DNA of 64,000 nucleotides from Acidobacteriota bacterium (lineage in GTDB: Bacteria; Acidobacteriota; UBA6911; RPQK01; JAJDTT01), in the NCBI GenBank assembly GCA_965217775.1, contig CBDCJH010000002.1:5536001-5600000 (forward strand), written 5' to 3'. This document shows, one piece after another, positions 1 to 13,291 of this stretch (its first letter is position 1; every line of letters starts with the position of its first letter). Made by a program: the position numbers and the translations under genes. Under the pieces are notes generated by a model that worked only from the letters and a program-made list of their open reading frames with translations, ran no database searches and was not told where the DNA came from.

Positions 1-153
1 CCCCCGGATCTCCCGGGCCGTCTCCCGGACCGTGTCGAAATTGATGTCGACGGCCGCCACCCTGGCGCCGTGCCCGGCGAACTTCAGGGCGACCCCCCGG
101 CCGATGCCGGCTCCGGCCCCGGTGACGACTGCCGTCTTGCCGCTCATGTCCAT
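1..153 (-). CDS. SDR family oxidoreductase, N-terminal part (runs off window)
   Basis: Manual translation [36 protein letters not shown] has the TGxxxGIG Rossmann motif; RBS GAGGGAGG upstream. Confidence 0.85.
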   Translation of the reverse strand, partial: MDMSGKTAVVTGAGAGIGRGVALKFAGHGARVAAVDINFDTVRETAREIRG

Positions 154-606
154 TTGATTCGTCCTCCCTCCCCGTGAGATTCAGTTCCCTCCACGAGTCC
201 TGGAAACGCCCCGGCAGGTCCGCCGGGCGGGAAACGAAGTGTTCCTGGGTTCTGGTTTCAGCGATGCTACTCGGCGAACGGTTCTGAGTCCATTTCCCGC
301 AACTGGTACGTCGGCGGGTGTTCTCCCTCACCTGAATGATGGTGCAAAAATAACTCTTGAGTAATTCTTGACCATGTTGGATCGCGCATGGTAAAAATAC
401 TGCCAGCGTGTGGGCCCGTATCCCAGGGGGCTCGATATCCTTTTTTTCCTGGCGGAGATAAACCAGGAAGCGATTTGCTAGGATCTGTCCCAATTAGAAA
501 ATCTCTGGCTGATCCAGTATGTCGGCGGGATTTTGACTCCAATACCACTGAGTGCATTCCCAGGCGCTCCCTTCAATCCGTTTTTCTTCTGAAATAAGGA
601 GAGGTC

Positions 607-3600
607 ATGATTAACAAGCGAATTCTCTGGGTTCTGCTGGCTCCGGCGCTGTGCGCGCTCCTGCTCACGCCGGTGCAGGCACAGACCACCGCCGCTACCG
701 TGCTGGGCACCGTCACCGACGCCGCCGGGGCGATCGTTCCAGGTGTGACGGTGACGCTCACAAACCAGGACACGGGGTTCATCCGCGAGACCATCAGCGA
801 TGATCGCGGCGATTTCGAGTTCGCCGTGGTGCAGGCTCCGAACACCTACACCCTCAGCGCGGAGCTGCCCGGCTTCAAGAAGTACGTCAATATTGACAAC
901 TATCTGGCCACCCGGGTCATCCAGCGGTTCGACGTCAAACTGCAAGTGGGCGAGGTGGCCGAGCAGGTGACCGTGCAGAGCGAGGTTCCGGTGATCAACA
1001 CCGACACGCCCCAATGGAGCGAGACCCGGACCGACCGGCTCATCAACGCGGGACCGCGCGGGACCATGGTCATGGGTCGTTTCGGCCACAGCACCCGGCC
1101 CCTGAGCCTGGCCTTCATCAACGCCGACGTGGCCGACAGCTACAAGAGCAACGGCTCGCGAACCAGCATGACCCAGACTTCGGTGGACGGGACTCCCATG
1201 AACGGCGAGCAGGTGGGGCCTCCCTTCTCGGCCATCGCCGAGGAGAAGACGGTTGCCTTGAACGCCGCCGCCGAATTCCGGCACCCGCTGACCGTCGACG
1301 CCGTCACCAAGCGCGGTGAGAACCGGCCCCACGGCATGTTCACGCTGAACATGCGCCACCCCCGGCTGGCTGCCCTCTGGCCCGGACCTCCCGGTGCGAG
1401 GCGGAATCCGGACGCGGTGTGGGCATTTCGATACAATTTCACCGGGGGCGGTCCCATCTACATTCCGAAAATCTACGATGGACGGGACAAGAGTTGGCTC
1501 TTCATTTCATTCGAGCAGAATCCGCCCACCAACATCACCTTCGGGCAGGGAACCTGGCTCAACACCCCCACCCAGGCCATGCGCAGGGGCGACCTTTCCG
1601 CGTATCTGGCCAAGACCCGGCCCCAATTGGGGGAATTGAAGGATCCCCTCACCGGGGAGACCTTCGCCGGGAACATCATTCCCCGCTCCCGTTGGAACCC
1701 CGTCGCCATCAACATGATCGACAACTGGCTCCTGGAGCCCACCGGATCCAACCTCGGCGACCCCGACATCCCGGAGCAGAATTTGCAGTATATCGGAAGC
1801 CAGCAGGGGGCCAACAAGCAGTGGGTCTATCGCTTCGACCAGAGCATCCTCAACCGGAACACCTTCGGCATCATGCACACCCAGAGGGACTTCTGGGAAA
1901 CCTGCCATTGCGGGGGTTCCACCTTTTTCGGCCAACGCCATCCCGCCACCGGACAGGACTGGTTCGGCAACCTGAATGACATCGTGAACGTCTTCGATAC
2001 CCACATCTTCACTCCCGGTCTCATCAACGAGTTCCGGTTCGGCCTGTTCCGCCGCGATGCGTACAGCAGAACCGAGCATCCCGCTTCCCTCTTCATCGAC
2101 TCGCTGGGGATCGACCTGGGCGACGACGCCGCTACCCGCAAGTCGTTCAACACGCTCCCCTACATCAGGGTCGACGGTATTCACACCATCGGCACCCGGT
2201 TCGGCGCCACCAACGAGACGGTGAGCAACAACTACAGTATCCGCAACAACCTCAGCTATCGCACCGGAATCCACAGTTGGAAGCTGGGCTATGACCACGC
2301 CATCCGGCAAATCTCCGACCTCCGGGCCCTCAGGTCGGTGGCGGGCGACTGGAATCACACCGGATTCTTTACCGGCGACCCCTTCGCCGACTTCCTGCTG
2401 GGACTTCCCACCCAGACCGGGCGCCACACCCCACGGCCGGCCGTGGAGGGGCGCTACAGCGAGTTCGGGATGTTCGTCCAGGACGACGTTCAGGTCAGCT
2501 CCAGGTTGAAGCTGAACATCGGGTTCCGCTACGACCGGATCTCCCCGCGCAGGGACGTCAACGGGGCTTGGTACAACTTCAACATGGCCACCGGCGCCCT
2601 GGTGGTGCCGGAAGCCGGACGGGGTTTGATCGCCCCCGCCTTCCATCCCGCCATCCCCATCGAGACGGCGGACGAGGCCCGCTTTCCCAGCCATCTGATC
2701 AATTCGTTGACCAAGTGGTCGCCGCGTCTGGGCTTTGCCTACCGGCTCGACGACAAGACCGTCCTGCGGGTCGGTTACGGCATGTTCATGCACGACGCCG
2801 GGAGCACCAACAACTACTTCGCGACGCTGCTCACGGGCGGGCCTTTCGCTCTGGACGAGACCTTTCGGAATACCATCACCGACGGCGTCCCCCTGGTCAC
2901 CACCGACCGGCCCTTTCCCCGGGCGACCGTCGGAGGCTCGGCTCCGGCCACCTTCAACATCCAGGGCGTGAACCCCGAGATCAAGGAGCCCTACCTGCAG
3001 CAGTGGAACCTGACCTTGGAGCGGCAGTTGGGACGCGAAACCTCCTTCCGCTTCGCCTACGTCGGCTCCTCGGCTACGAGCCTCTGGTACTCCAGGGACG
3101 TCAACATTCCTCCGGCGAGTCTGACTCCCTTTACCGAAGAGCGGCTCAACTACCCCCACAACCCGGGTTTTGACGACATCATCTACCTGGACAGCGGCGG
3201 CCACATGAGCCATCACCAGTTCCAGTGGCAGTTCACTCGGCGCATGTCCCGGACTCCTATCGGCGGGCTCATGTTCGACGGAATATTCCAGTGGCTCAAA
3301 GAGATCGAGGACGTGGACGACACTACGGCGTTCGCGTCCGCCTACGGGCGGGGCATAGCGCCGCGCCTCGGAGGCTATGCCGGGATCGAGGATCCCTACG
3401 ACCGGAACCGGGATCGGGCCGACGCCTATCTGAACCCGGCCTCAATCCGCATCAACTTCATCTGGGAGCTCCCGTGGGGTCCGGATCAGCCTTACCTGTC
3501 GCACCTGAGGAAAGGCTCGATCCTGAGCGCCCTGGTGGGTGGCTGGGAATTCGCGGGCATCTTCGATGCCGGTACTGGACGTCCTTACCACCAGTACTAC

Positions 3601-4026
3601 AGCGGTTTCGATCCCACCAACACCGGCCGCTTCAGCGGCCGGGCCAGCATGTCCAAGGCTGGCTGCAACCCGCAGATCCGCCCCCACAGCTATACGCGGC
3701 CGACGACCGTCGACATCAACTGCTTCAAGGTCCCGGATCCGGGCACCTACGGTACGACTCCGCGCGACGCCGTGAGCCGGCTGGCGGGCTGGGCCTTTGA
3801 CGCGACGTTCTACAAATTCCTCCCCATCCGGATGCTCCATGAAGACATTAGAGCCCGGCTCTCCGTGACCTTCGTCAACCCATTCCACCACGTGGTGGCG
3901 TCGAGAGACCGCGGCCTCTACGTCAACAGGCCGGCTCGCTTCGGAATCCCTTCACGGGGCGGAGGCCTGCTGCGGTTCGGGTCGGCTCCCCGTAGCGCCA
4001 ACTTCCAGTTCCAGATCGTCTGGTAG
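607..4026 (+). CDS. TonB-dependent receptor with N-terminal carboxypeptidase-regulatory-like domain (Acidobacteria type)
   Basis: 1139 aa; signal peptide; GTVTDAAGAIVPGVTVTLTN; FGMFVQDDVQVSSRLKLNIGFRYD; WSPRLGFAYR; QQWNLTLERQL; aromatic C-terminus; RBS AAGGAGAGG. Confidence 0.92.
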   Translation: MINKRILWVLLAPALCALLLTPVQAQTTAATVLGTVTDAAGAIVPGVTVTLTNQDTGFIRETISDDRGDFEFAVVQAPNTYTLSAELPGFKKYVNIDNYLATRVIQRFDVKLQVGEVAEQVTVQSEVPVINTDTPQWSETRTDRLINAGPRGTMVMGRFGHSTRPLSLAFINADVADSYKSNGSRTSMTQTSVDGTPMNGEQVGPPFSAIAEEKTVALNAAAEFRHPLTVDAVTKRGENRPHGMFTLNMRHPRLAALWPGPPGARRNPDAVWAFRYNFTGGGPIYIPKIYDGRDKSWLFISFEQNPPTNITFGQGTWLNTPTQAMRRGDLSAYLAKTRPQLGELKDPLTGETFAGNIIPRSRWNPVAINMIDNWLLEPTGSNLGDPDIPEQNLQYIGSQQGANKQWVYRFDQSILNRNTFGIMHTQRDFWETCHCGGSTFFGQRHPATGQDWFGNLNDIVNVFDTHIFTPGLINEFRFGLFRRDAYSRTEHPASLFIDSLGIDLGDDAATRKSFNTLPYIRVDGIHTIGTRFGATNETVSNNYSIRNNLSYRTGIHSWKLGYDHAIRQISDLRALRSVAGDWNHTGFFTGDPFADFLLGLPTQTGRHTPRPAVEGRYSEFGMFVQDDVQVSSRLKLNIGFRYDRISPRRDVNGAWYNFNMATGALVVPEAGRGLIAPAFHPAIPIETADEARFPSHLINSLTKWSPRLGFAYRLDDKTVLRVGYGMFMHDAGSTNNYFATLLTGGPFALDETFRNTITDGVPLVTTDRPFPRATVGGSAPATFNIQGVNPEIKEPYLQQWNLTLERQLGRETSFRFAYVGSSATSLWYSRDVNIPPASLTPFTEERLNYPHNPGFDDIIYLDSGGHMSHHQFQWQFTRRMSRTPIGGLMFDGIFQWLKEIEDVDDTTAFASAYGRGIAPRLGGYAGIEDPYDRNRDRADAYLNPASIRINFIWELPWGPDQPYLSHLRKGSILSALVGGWEFAGIFDAGTGRPYHQYYSGFDPTNTGRFSGRASMSKAGCNPQIRPHSYTRPTTVDINCFKVPDPGTYGTTPRDAVSRLAGWAFDATFYKFLPIRMLHEDIRARLSVTFVNPFHHVVASRDRGLYVNRPARFGIPSRGGGLLRFGSAPRSANFQFQIVW

Positions 4027-4058
4027 GGGGTCCCAAGCCAAGAAAGGTTGATTTGACA

Positions 4059-4096
4059 GGGGGGAAGGGAAGCAGTTCCCTTCCCCCCATTTTGTT
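4059..4096 (+). terminator. Intrinsic terminator after the TonB receptor
   Basis: Perfect 13-bp stem GGGGGGAAGGGAA-gcag-TTCCCTTCCCCCC followed by ATTTTGTT. Confidence 0.75.
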
Positions 4097-4109
4097 ACGA
4101 GGTGCGGAT

Positions 4110-5141
4110 ATGAACAAAACGAGTCACCGCCTTTGGTCTGTATTTGGAGCGTTCTTCCTGCTGGTCCCGGGTCCGGTCGAAGCCCGGATCCACCGGGGCA
4201 CGCTGCAGGGTCAGGTCAAGGATCAGGACGGGAAACCTCTTGAAGACGTCGTCGTCAGGATCGAGGGACTCAACAGCAAGCAGAGGTACGAGCTCACGAC
4301 CGACAAGGGAGGAAGATACTTTCACATCGCCGTCGATCCCTATCTGGCATATCGCATCGTGGTCATAAAGGAGGGCTACTGGACCGAAGAGTCGGTGGGT
4401 GTCCGGGCTTCAAGGCAACAGAGCGGCGGCATCAACAACTTCACCATGCGACCCGGCCGTTCCACCGCCGCCGAAATGACGCAAGCGGCGAGAGACGCCC
4501 TGGTTCGAGAGCTGAAGCAGGCGGATGAGCTGAAGCGAAAAGTGAAAGCCATCGACGAGAGCCATAAGGTGGCGATGCGAATGATCGGTGAAGGTCGATA
4601 CGCGGAAGCGGAAAAAGCCTTCCGCAGGGTGGTGGAACTGCAACCGACTCTGGCGCCGACGTGGGGCAACCTGGGGCACGTCTACACCAAGCTGAACAGG
4701 CCATCGGATGCAGTGGCCGCCTACCGGAAGGCCATCGAGGTCGATCCTGAGAACGCTACCTTCTACCAGGACCTGGGCCACGTCTACTCGGACATGGGGG
4801 AGGCCGGGAAGGCCACGGAGATGTACCAAAAGGGGGCCAAGTTGACCGGAAGCCAGGACCCCAAGGAAGCGGCCCAATCCCAGTACATTATCGCCGTGGA
4901 CCACCTCAACTCGGGGAGGGAATCGGAAGCCATGGAGGCTCTGCGGCAGACTCTCGCCGCCGACCCCGAACACGCCGACGCTCACTACTACGTGGGAGTT
5001 CTGCTGATCCGGGAGAACCGGATGAAGGAAGCACTGGACCATTTGGGCAGACACCTGGAAATGTCGCCCGAGAGTCCCACCGCCGCCGATGCCCGGGCGC
5101 TCCTGGAGGCGCTGAGGCAAACGCCGGAGGCTGCCGAATAG
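4110..5141 (+). CDS. Secreted TPR protein with carboxypeptidase-regulatory-like domain
   Basis: Start moved to ATG 4110 (after the hairpin; GAGGTG RBS); GTLQGQVKDQDGKPL; several TPR repeats (WGNLGHVY..A..AYRKAIEVDP). Confidence 0.85.
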   Translation: MNKTSHRLWSVFGAFFLLVPGPVEARIHRGTLQGQVKDQDGKPLEDVVVRIEGLNSKQRYELTTDKGGRYFHIAVDPYLAYRIVVIKEGYWTEESVGVRASRQQSGGINNFTMRPGRSTAAEMTQAARDALVRELKQADELKRKVKAIDESHKVAMRMIGEGRYAEAEKAFRRVVELQPTLAPTWGNLGHVYTKLNRPSDAVAAYRKAIEVDPENATFYQDLGHVYSDMGEAGKATEMYQKGAKLTGSQDPKEAAQSQYIIAVDHLNSGRESEAMEALRQTLAADPEHADAHYYVGVLLIRENRMKEALDHLGRHLEMSPESPTAADARALLEALRQTPEAAE

Positions 5142-5195
5142 CAGTCGTCCGTGAGGGAATAGGGCCGGATCTCGGATCCGCTATCGAGTTTGGGA

Positions 5196-6860
5196 TCAGG
5201 GCCGGAAAACCTGGGCTTGGCTGGCATCTCCACCGGCCTTCACGATAGTGAACTCTTCGTTGCGGCTGGTGTTGTTTCCCCCGATCCGGTCCGCGATCTG
5301 AGCCCTGAGCGTATACTTCCCCGGCTTCAGTCGGGCCAGGGGAAACTGTTGCAGCAACATGGTGCGGCGATTGGAAGAGAAATAGACCGACTTGCCCAAA
5401 GAGTCATGGATCTCGAAGACGATCTGACCGTCTTTCAGGATGAAGTAGTCCGCCTTGATGGACGGTTCACTGGATGCTGCATCCAGTTCCAATCCATAGA
5501 TTTCCAGGTATGCCCATAGTGGGTATTCGCCGTCGAAGTTTCTTGAGACGCTGGGGCGGACCACCAGGTCGCCCATGACGAACATCTCGTATTGCTCAGG
5601 GACGTAACCCAACTGCCTCACGTGATCCGACAGCAGCAGGGTGCTGGCGCCCAGACCTTCGTCCCGGGGTCGAAAGGGATTGATGGCCAGGGTCTTGCTG
5701 CCCACCTTTCCGCTCTCCATGTCCTGCAGAAACAGTTCCAGCTTGTAGCGCTGCCCTCGGCCCAGGGCAATGATCACCTGATGCAGGGAGACGTCGGTCA
5801 ACCCTCGCGCCAGCTCGTTTGCGGGCACGTGGACGACGATCTCATGGTCGATCTCGGCCACATGCTGGTTGGTCATGTTGGTCACCAGCCCATACAGGTC
5901 CAGCGTGGCCGTAGCCACGGCCGCGCCGCCCGGTTTGAAGTTGAGCTCCTTCTTGGGCACTTCCAGCGTCAGCAGCACCAGAACTTCCTCGCCATTCAGC
6001 TCCAACTGGTCGTTCCTGAGCCGAAAGGGAAGCGGCTCATACGAGACACGGGTCCTCACGAACTTCTTCAGGTCGTCGTACTTGCCCTTGGTCTGTCCCA
6101 TGGTGGCGGTAGTGACGCGGAGCCGGTCGAAATACTTCTGCACCTGGAGCCAGTCGCCGGCGCCGCTCATGTCCATCATGGGGCGTCCGTGCCTGAGCCA
6201 GCGGTCCGACCTGTCGGTGTACCCTTGTATCTCGGCCCACTTCATGCCCCCGAATCCCTTGTCGTCCATCAGGTCCTTTTCGTCGGGGTGGTAGGCGAGC
6301 TTGTAGTCTCCCGTCATGGACTGGTCGACAAACTCGATGATGATGTTCGATCCGATGCCCTCCAGGTTCCGGTAGCGCCAGCGCTCAAAGGGAAAGACGA
6401 TGGTGGTGCCGAGTCCTTCATCCAGGGTCCGGTCGTAGCGGCCGCCGGCAGGAAAGCTCTCGATGTCGGCTGGCGGCCCGTGCATGATGTAGATCCGGCC
6501 CCGATCCGTATTCCGGCCCGCGAGGCCACTGGAGAAGTGGTCGTCGGCATAGGCGATCCGGCGGTAGTGCTCCTCCTTGAACTCGTTGATCATGGTGCGC
6601 GGGTCGGAATCCCGGCGGCGCCAGAACTGCTCGATGAAATTCTCCTTCTCCTCGGGACTCGTCAATTTCTCGAAGACCGCCCGTTCATCATGGGCGATGA
6701 TGTGGACGACCGTGTCGTTCAGCCATTTTTCGTAGTAGTCGACGGCCTCTTCGCGAGAGGCGTCCTTTTTCTCGGGTCCGGCCCAGGTCATCGCGGGGGT
6801 CAGTGTCAGGACAAGGACCAGAGACGCTGCTGAACTCAATTTGGAATAGAAGGAGAACAT
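5196..6860 (-). CDS. GWxTD domain-containing protein
   Basis: YEKWLNDTVVHII..ERAVF..EKENFIEQFWRRRD..NEFKEEHYRRIAYAD..GRNTDRGRIYI.HGPP is typical of the acidobacterial GWxTD family; signal peptide. Confidence 0.85.
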   Translation of the reverse strand: MFSFYSKLSSAASLVLVLTLTPAMTWAGPEKKDASREEAVDYYEKWLNDTVVHIIAHDERAVFEKLTSPEEKENFIEQFWRRRDSDPRTMINEFKEEHYRRIAYADDHFSSGLAGRNTDRGRIYIMHGPPADIESFPAGGRYDRTLDEGLGTTIVFPFERWRYRNLEGIGSNIIIEFVDQSMTGDYKLAYHPDEKDLMDDKGFGGMKWAEIQGYTDRSDRWLRHGRPMMDMSGAGDWLQVQKYFDRLRVTTATMGQTKGKYDDLKKFVRTRVSYEPLPFRLRNDQLELNGEEVLVLLTLEVPKKELNFKPGGAAVATATLDLYGLVTNMTNQHVAEIDHEIVVHVPANELARGLTDVSLHQVIIALGRGQRYKLELFLQDMESGKVGSKTLAINPFRPRDEGLGASTLLLSDHVRQLGYVPEQYEMFVMGDLVVRPSVSRNFDGEYPLWAYLEIYGLELDAASSEPSIKADYFILKDGQIVFEIHDSLGKSVYFSSNRRTMLLQQFPLARLKPGKYTLRAQIADRIGGNNTSRNEEFTIVKAGGDASQAQVFRP

Positions 6861-7158
6861 TCCGATTCCAAGTAGTTTAGGTCCGAACCGGAGACGAGGT
6901 CAAGCCGGGAATGGGAGTAACGGAGTCGTGGTCTTCACCCGACAGACTCGCGGTCAGGCCAAGCTCGCCACGTGCATGATCCGGTCCGACAGGTAGGGGT
7001 GTCCCCGCAAGACCGCCTGGCACGCATCCGAGTTGCCTCACCAAGGAAATCCACCCGAAACAGGTAAACAGCCCGAGGCAGAAGTCGTCGCGGCTTTCGA
7101 TCCACCCTGTGACCCAGTGGACGGCGTCGTCGCTACGTCACATAATTCGATTGGGAAC

Positions 7159-7183
7159 GGGCAGCCACAAGGGCTGCCCCTAC
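7159..7183 (-). repeat. GTAG-foot REP-like palindrome
   Basis: Minus strand reads GTAGGGGCAGCCCTTGTGGCTGCCC (GTAG foot plus imperfect hairpin). Confidence 0.6.
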
Positions 7184-7229
7184 TCCTCTCCAGGTGACGC
7201 AACTGGCGAGATTGCCATCTCCATTCAAA

Positions 7230-8839
7230 ATGGGGAAACTCTTGCAGATGGTTCTCCGATTCGCCGCGTGTCTTTTCTGCGGCGCAGTGGCCTTCGCTCC
7301 GGCCTGCGGTGTCGCGCCGGTGCCCCAACGGCATCGGGACATCGTTCTGCTCGCCATCGACGACCACCTGCTCCCCTTCCGGCGGAACCTCTGCTACTAC
7401 CTGTCCCGGCCGCGGGTCCGAAAGGAGCCGGTACTGGTGCCCAGTCGCGACGACGCCAATGCGGCCGACCAGTTGGCAGCCCATTTCTACGGCACCGTGA
7501 TCGCGGACGAGGGCAGGTTTCGCATGTGGTACTACCCGGTTCGTTTGGGCGCCCGGACTTCCGAACTGGAAATCGGTCCCGCCGGCTACGCCGAGAGCGA
7601 GGATGGCATTCGTTGGATCAAGCCGTCGTTGAAGCAGGTCTCCATCAAGGGAAATCCGGAAAACAACGCCATCCGTTTGCCCGACGATCGAGTCATGGGG
7701 GTCACCGTCATCAAGGACGAGGAGGAGACCGATCCCGAACGACGCTACAAGATGGTCTACAATCCCGTCGCGGTGAGGGAACGCTGGGCCGAACCCAAGC
7801 TGAACGGGGCGGCCCGATCCACGCTCCGAACCGCCACCAGCCGCGACGGATTGACCTGGACTGCGAGGCCCGACCTGCCGCTCGACGTTTTCGTCGAGCT
7901 CTCCTCCTTCTACAAGCACGACGGGCTCTTCGTGGCTCACGGCCAGGGAAAGCTGTTCGGGGAGGGTGGAGAGCTGCACGGGCGCCGGGGCTACGCCTGG
8001 GTGTCCACCGACTTCGAGCACTGGCTGGCGGGCCAGGCCGAGACCTTCGGATTGCCGGAGCCCGGGACCCTGGGTCCAAGGGGAGCCGCCGGGGAGTACG
8101 ATCAGGTCCACCTGGGCGTCGGGGGGGCCAGCTACGGCTCGGTGGTGGTGGGACTCTACGGAATCTGGCGCCAAGGCGGCACGGGAGTCGGCGGAACCAC
8201 CTGCGATCTGGGCTTGGTGGTGAGCAACGACGGGATCCATTTTCGCGAGCCGGTGAAGAAACACGTCTACATCTCGCGGCACGATTCTCCGGTCACGCCG
8301 GTAGCCGGTAAGGACTATCCCACGATCCTGTGCCAGGCCAACGGTATTCTGAACGTGGACGACGAGACCTGGATCTATCATGGCCGCTGGCGGAACGCGC
8401 CGGTGGGACCCGAATATTATGGAGAGGTCGCCCTTGCCACCTTGCCTCGTGATCGATGGGGCGCCGTGGGGCTGATTCGGGGAGTCTCCGAGGGCTGGGT
8501 CTGGTCGGCGCCCCTCCGCTGGCCGGAAGGGGGCGCCCAGGTCTACCTGAACGCCGATTTTGCGCCGCAGATGCGGGTCGAGGTGTCCGACGTCGATTTC
8601 AATCTGCTCCCCGGCTACTCCGATGCCAACGCCGGTACGGTCTCCTGGCCCGGCGGCACGGGGCGGTTCCGTGAGCGGAACGGGGGGCTCGACTGTTCCG
8701 TCGTCTGGCCCGGGGCTCAGCTTTCAGACTTGGCGGGTCGGGAGGTACGGCTTCGCATCCAACTCACGTCGGCGGGAGGCGATCCCAGGCTCTACGCAGT
8801 GTATGTGCGCGGGAGCGGGCCGGTGGAGAAACCCTCCGG

Positions 8840-8843
<4 letters not shown>
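7230..8843 (+). CDS. Putative secreted five-bladed beta-propeller glycoside hydrolase-like protein (GH32/43/130-like); start uncertain (7194/7230/7248)
   Basis: RFRMWYY, YAESEDGIRWIKP, RYKMVY, TATSRDGLTW, SNDGIHF repeats; hydrophobic N-terminus with possible lipobox. Confidence 0.6.
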
Positions 8844-11716
<2,873 letters not shown>

Positions 11717-11737
11717 GGGAGTCTGACGACTGAGCCG

Positions 11738-13222
11738 ATGGATACCCTGAGCGGGGAGCCGAACGAGAAGAGAACGATGGGACCTGCGGCCCCAAGAGCG
11801 GTTCCACGGCGGGCTTTGCTGCGCCGGGCGGCGTGCGGATTCGGGGCCCTGAGCCTTTCGGCATTGCTGGCAGAAGAGACGAGGCTGTCTGCCACCTCGT
11901 CCTCCCACAATCCTTTGGCTCCGAAACCACCCCACTTCACTCCTCGCGCCAAGCGGGTGATCTTCCTCTTCATGCACGGTGGACCGTCCCACCTGGATAC
12001 CTTCGATCCCAAGCCGCGCCTGGATCAGGACCACGGGAAGCCGATCCCCTTCAAGCTCTCGCTCTCGTTCAACCCGACCTACAAGGGAGGCCTGATGAAG
12101 TCGCCCTGGGGATTCAAGCGGTACGGGGAGAGCGGTATTCCCGTGAGCGATCTCTTTCCCAAAGTCGGCGAGCTGGCGGATGAACTCTGCGTCGTCCGTT
12201 CCATGGTGAGCGACGGCGTCGATCACGGCAGCGCCATCCTCCAGATGAATACGGGCACCCTCAACTTCAGCCGTCCCAGCATCGGCTCCTGGATCCTCTA
12301 CGGCCTGGGAAGCGAGAATCGGAACCTGCCGGGATTCATTACCGTCAAACCCTCGCTCTATCACGGCGGATCCAAACATTGGGGTTCGGCCTTCCTTCCG
12401 GGGGCCTATCAGGGCATCCCGCTGGGTCTCGACAAGATGCCCCTGCGGGACCTCAGGGACGAGCCCATCGAGCACCTGTTGACCCGGGGACTGACTCGGG
12501 AGCAGCAGCGGTATGAATTCGAGATGCTGCAGAAGATGAACCGGCGACACGCCTTGGAAAGAGATTCCGATCCCAAGCTGGAATCCCGTATCCAGGCCTT
12601 CGAATTGGCCTCACGAATGCAACTCGAAGGGCAGGAGGTCTTCGACGTCGACCAGGAATCGGAGGCGACCCGGAAGCTGTATGGACTCGACGACAGGGTC
12701 ACCGAAGACTTTGCCTGGCAGTGCCTGTTGGCTCGGCGGTTGATCGAACGGGGAGTCCGTTTCGTGCAATGTTCCCACAGCAACTACGAGCCCGGCTCGA
12801 TTCTTTGGGACCAGCACAGCCAACTCGCCCGGGTCCACGCCAAGAATGCGCGTGAAGTGGACAAGCCCATCGCCGGGCTGCTGACGGACCTGAGGGCCCG
12901 GGGCCTGTTGCAGGACACGCTGGTGCTGTGGGGCGGTGAGTTCGGCCGCACCCCGTTTGCGGAAGGGGACGGCCGGGACCACAATCCGTACGGATACACC
13001 ATGTGGATGGCCGGAGGAGGGGTCAAAGCAGGAACCATCTACGGCGCCACCGACGAGTTCGGCTACCATGCCGTGGAGAACCGGATGCATCTGCACGACC
13101 TGCATGCCACCATCCTGCATCTGTTGGGTCTCGACCACACGAAGCTGACTTACCGGTATGGGGGCCGGGATTTCCGGCTGACCGACGTGCACGGAAGCGT
13201 GGCCCACGGAATCATGGCATGA
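11738..13222 (+). CDS. DUF1501 domain-containing protein (Tat signal)
   Basis: RRALL..GFG Tat motif; AKRVIFLFMHGGPSHLDTFDPKP; WGGEFGRTP; GRDHNP; DLHATILHLLG; usual partner of PSD1 proteins. Confidence 0.92.
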   Translation: MDTLSGEPNEKRTMGPAAPRAVPRRALLRRAACGFGALSLSALLAEETRLSATSSSHNPLAPKPPHFTPRAKRVIFLFMHGGPSHLDTFDPKPRLDQDHGKPIPFKLSLSFNPTYKGGLMKSPWGFKRYGESGIPVSDLFPKVGELADELCVVRSMVSDGVDHGSAILQMNTGTLNFSRPSIGSWILYGLGSENRNLPGFITVKPSLYHGGSKHWGSAFLPGAYQGIPLGLDKMPLRDLRDEPIEHLLTRGLTREQQRYEFEMLQKMNRRHALERDSDPKLESRIQAFELASRMQLEGQEVFDVDQESEATRKLYGLDDRVTEDFAWQCLLARRLIERGVRFVQCSHSNYEPGSILWDQHSQLARVHAKNAREVDKPIAGLLTDLRARGLLQDTLVLWGGEFGRTPFAEGDGRDHNPYGYTMWMAGGGVKAGTIYGATDEFGYHAVENRMHLHDLHATILHLLGLDHTKLTYRYGGRDFRLTDVHGSVAHGIMA

Positions 13223-13291
13223 AGAGATTCCGATTCGAGCTATCCGTCTTTGTTGACAAGAAGTCGAAGCGATGACCCTGGGAGGTTAAGA

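Noticed and set aside
225-606. Possible cobalamin riboswitch upstream of the first TonB receptor (CCCGCAACTG near 297-306)
   Set aside because: The other conserved elements (AGGGAA..GGTG.AA.TCC, B12 box) were not found in the right order; only short hairpins are present
478-3216. Long antisense ORFs (478-1359, 1507-3216; similarly 10499-12550, 16809-18362, 50965-52641, 53902-55575)
   Set aside because: Shadow frames of high-GC genes on the opposite strand; no recognisable motifs
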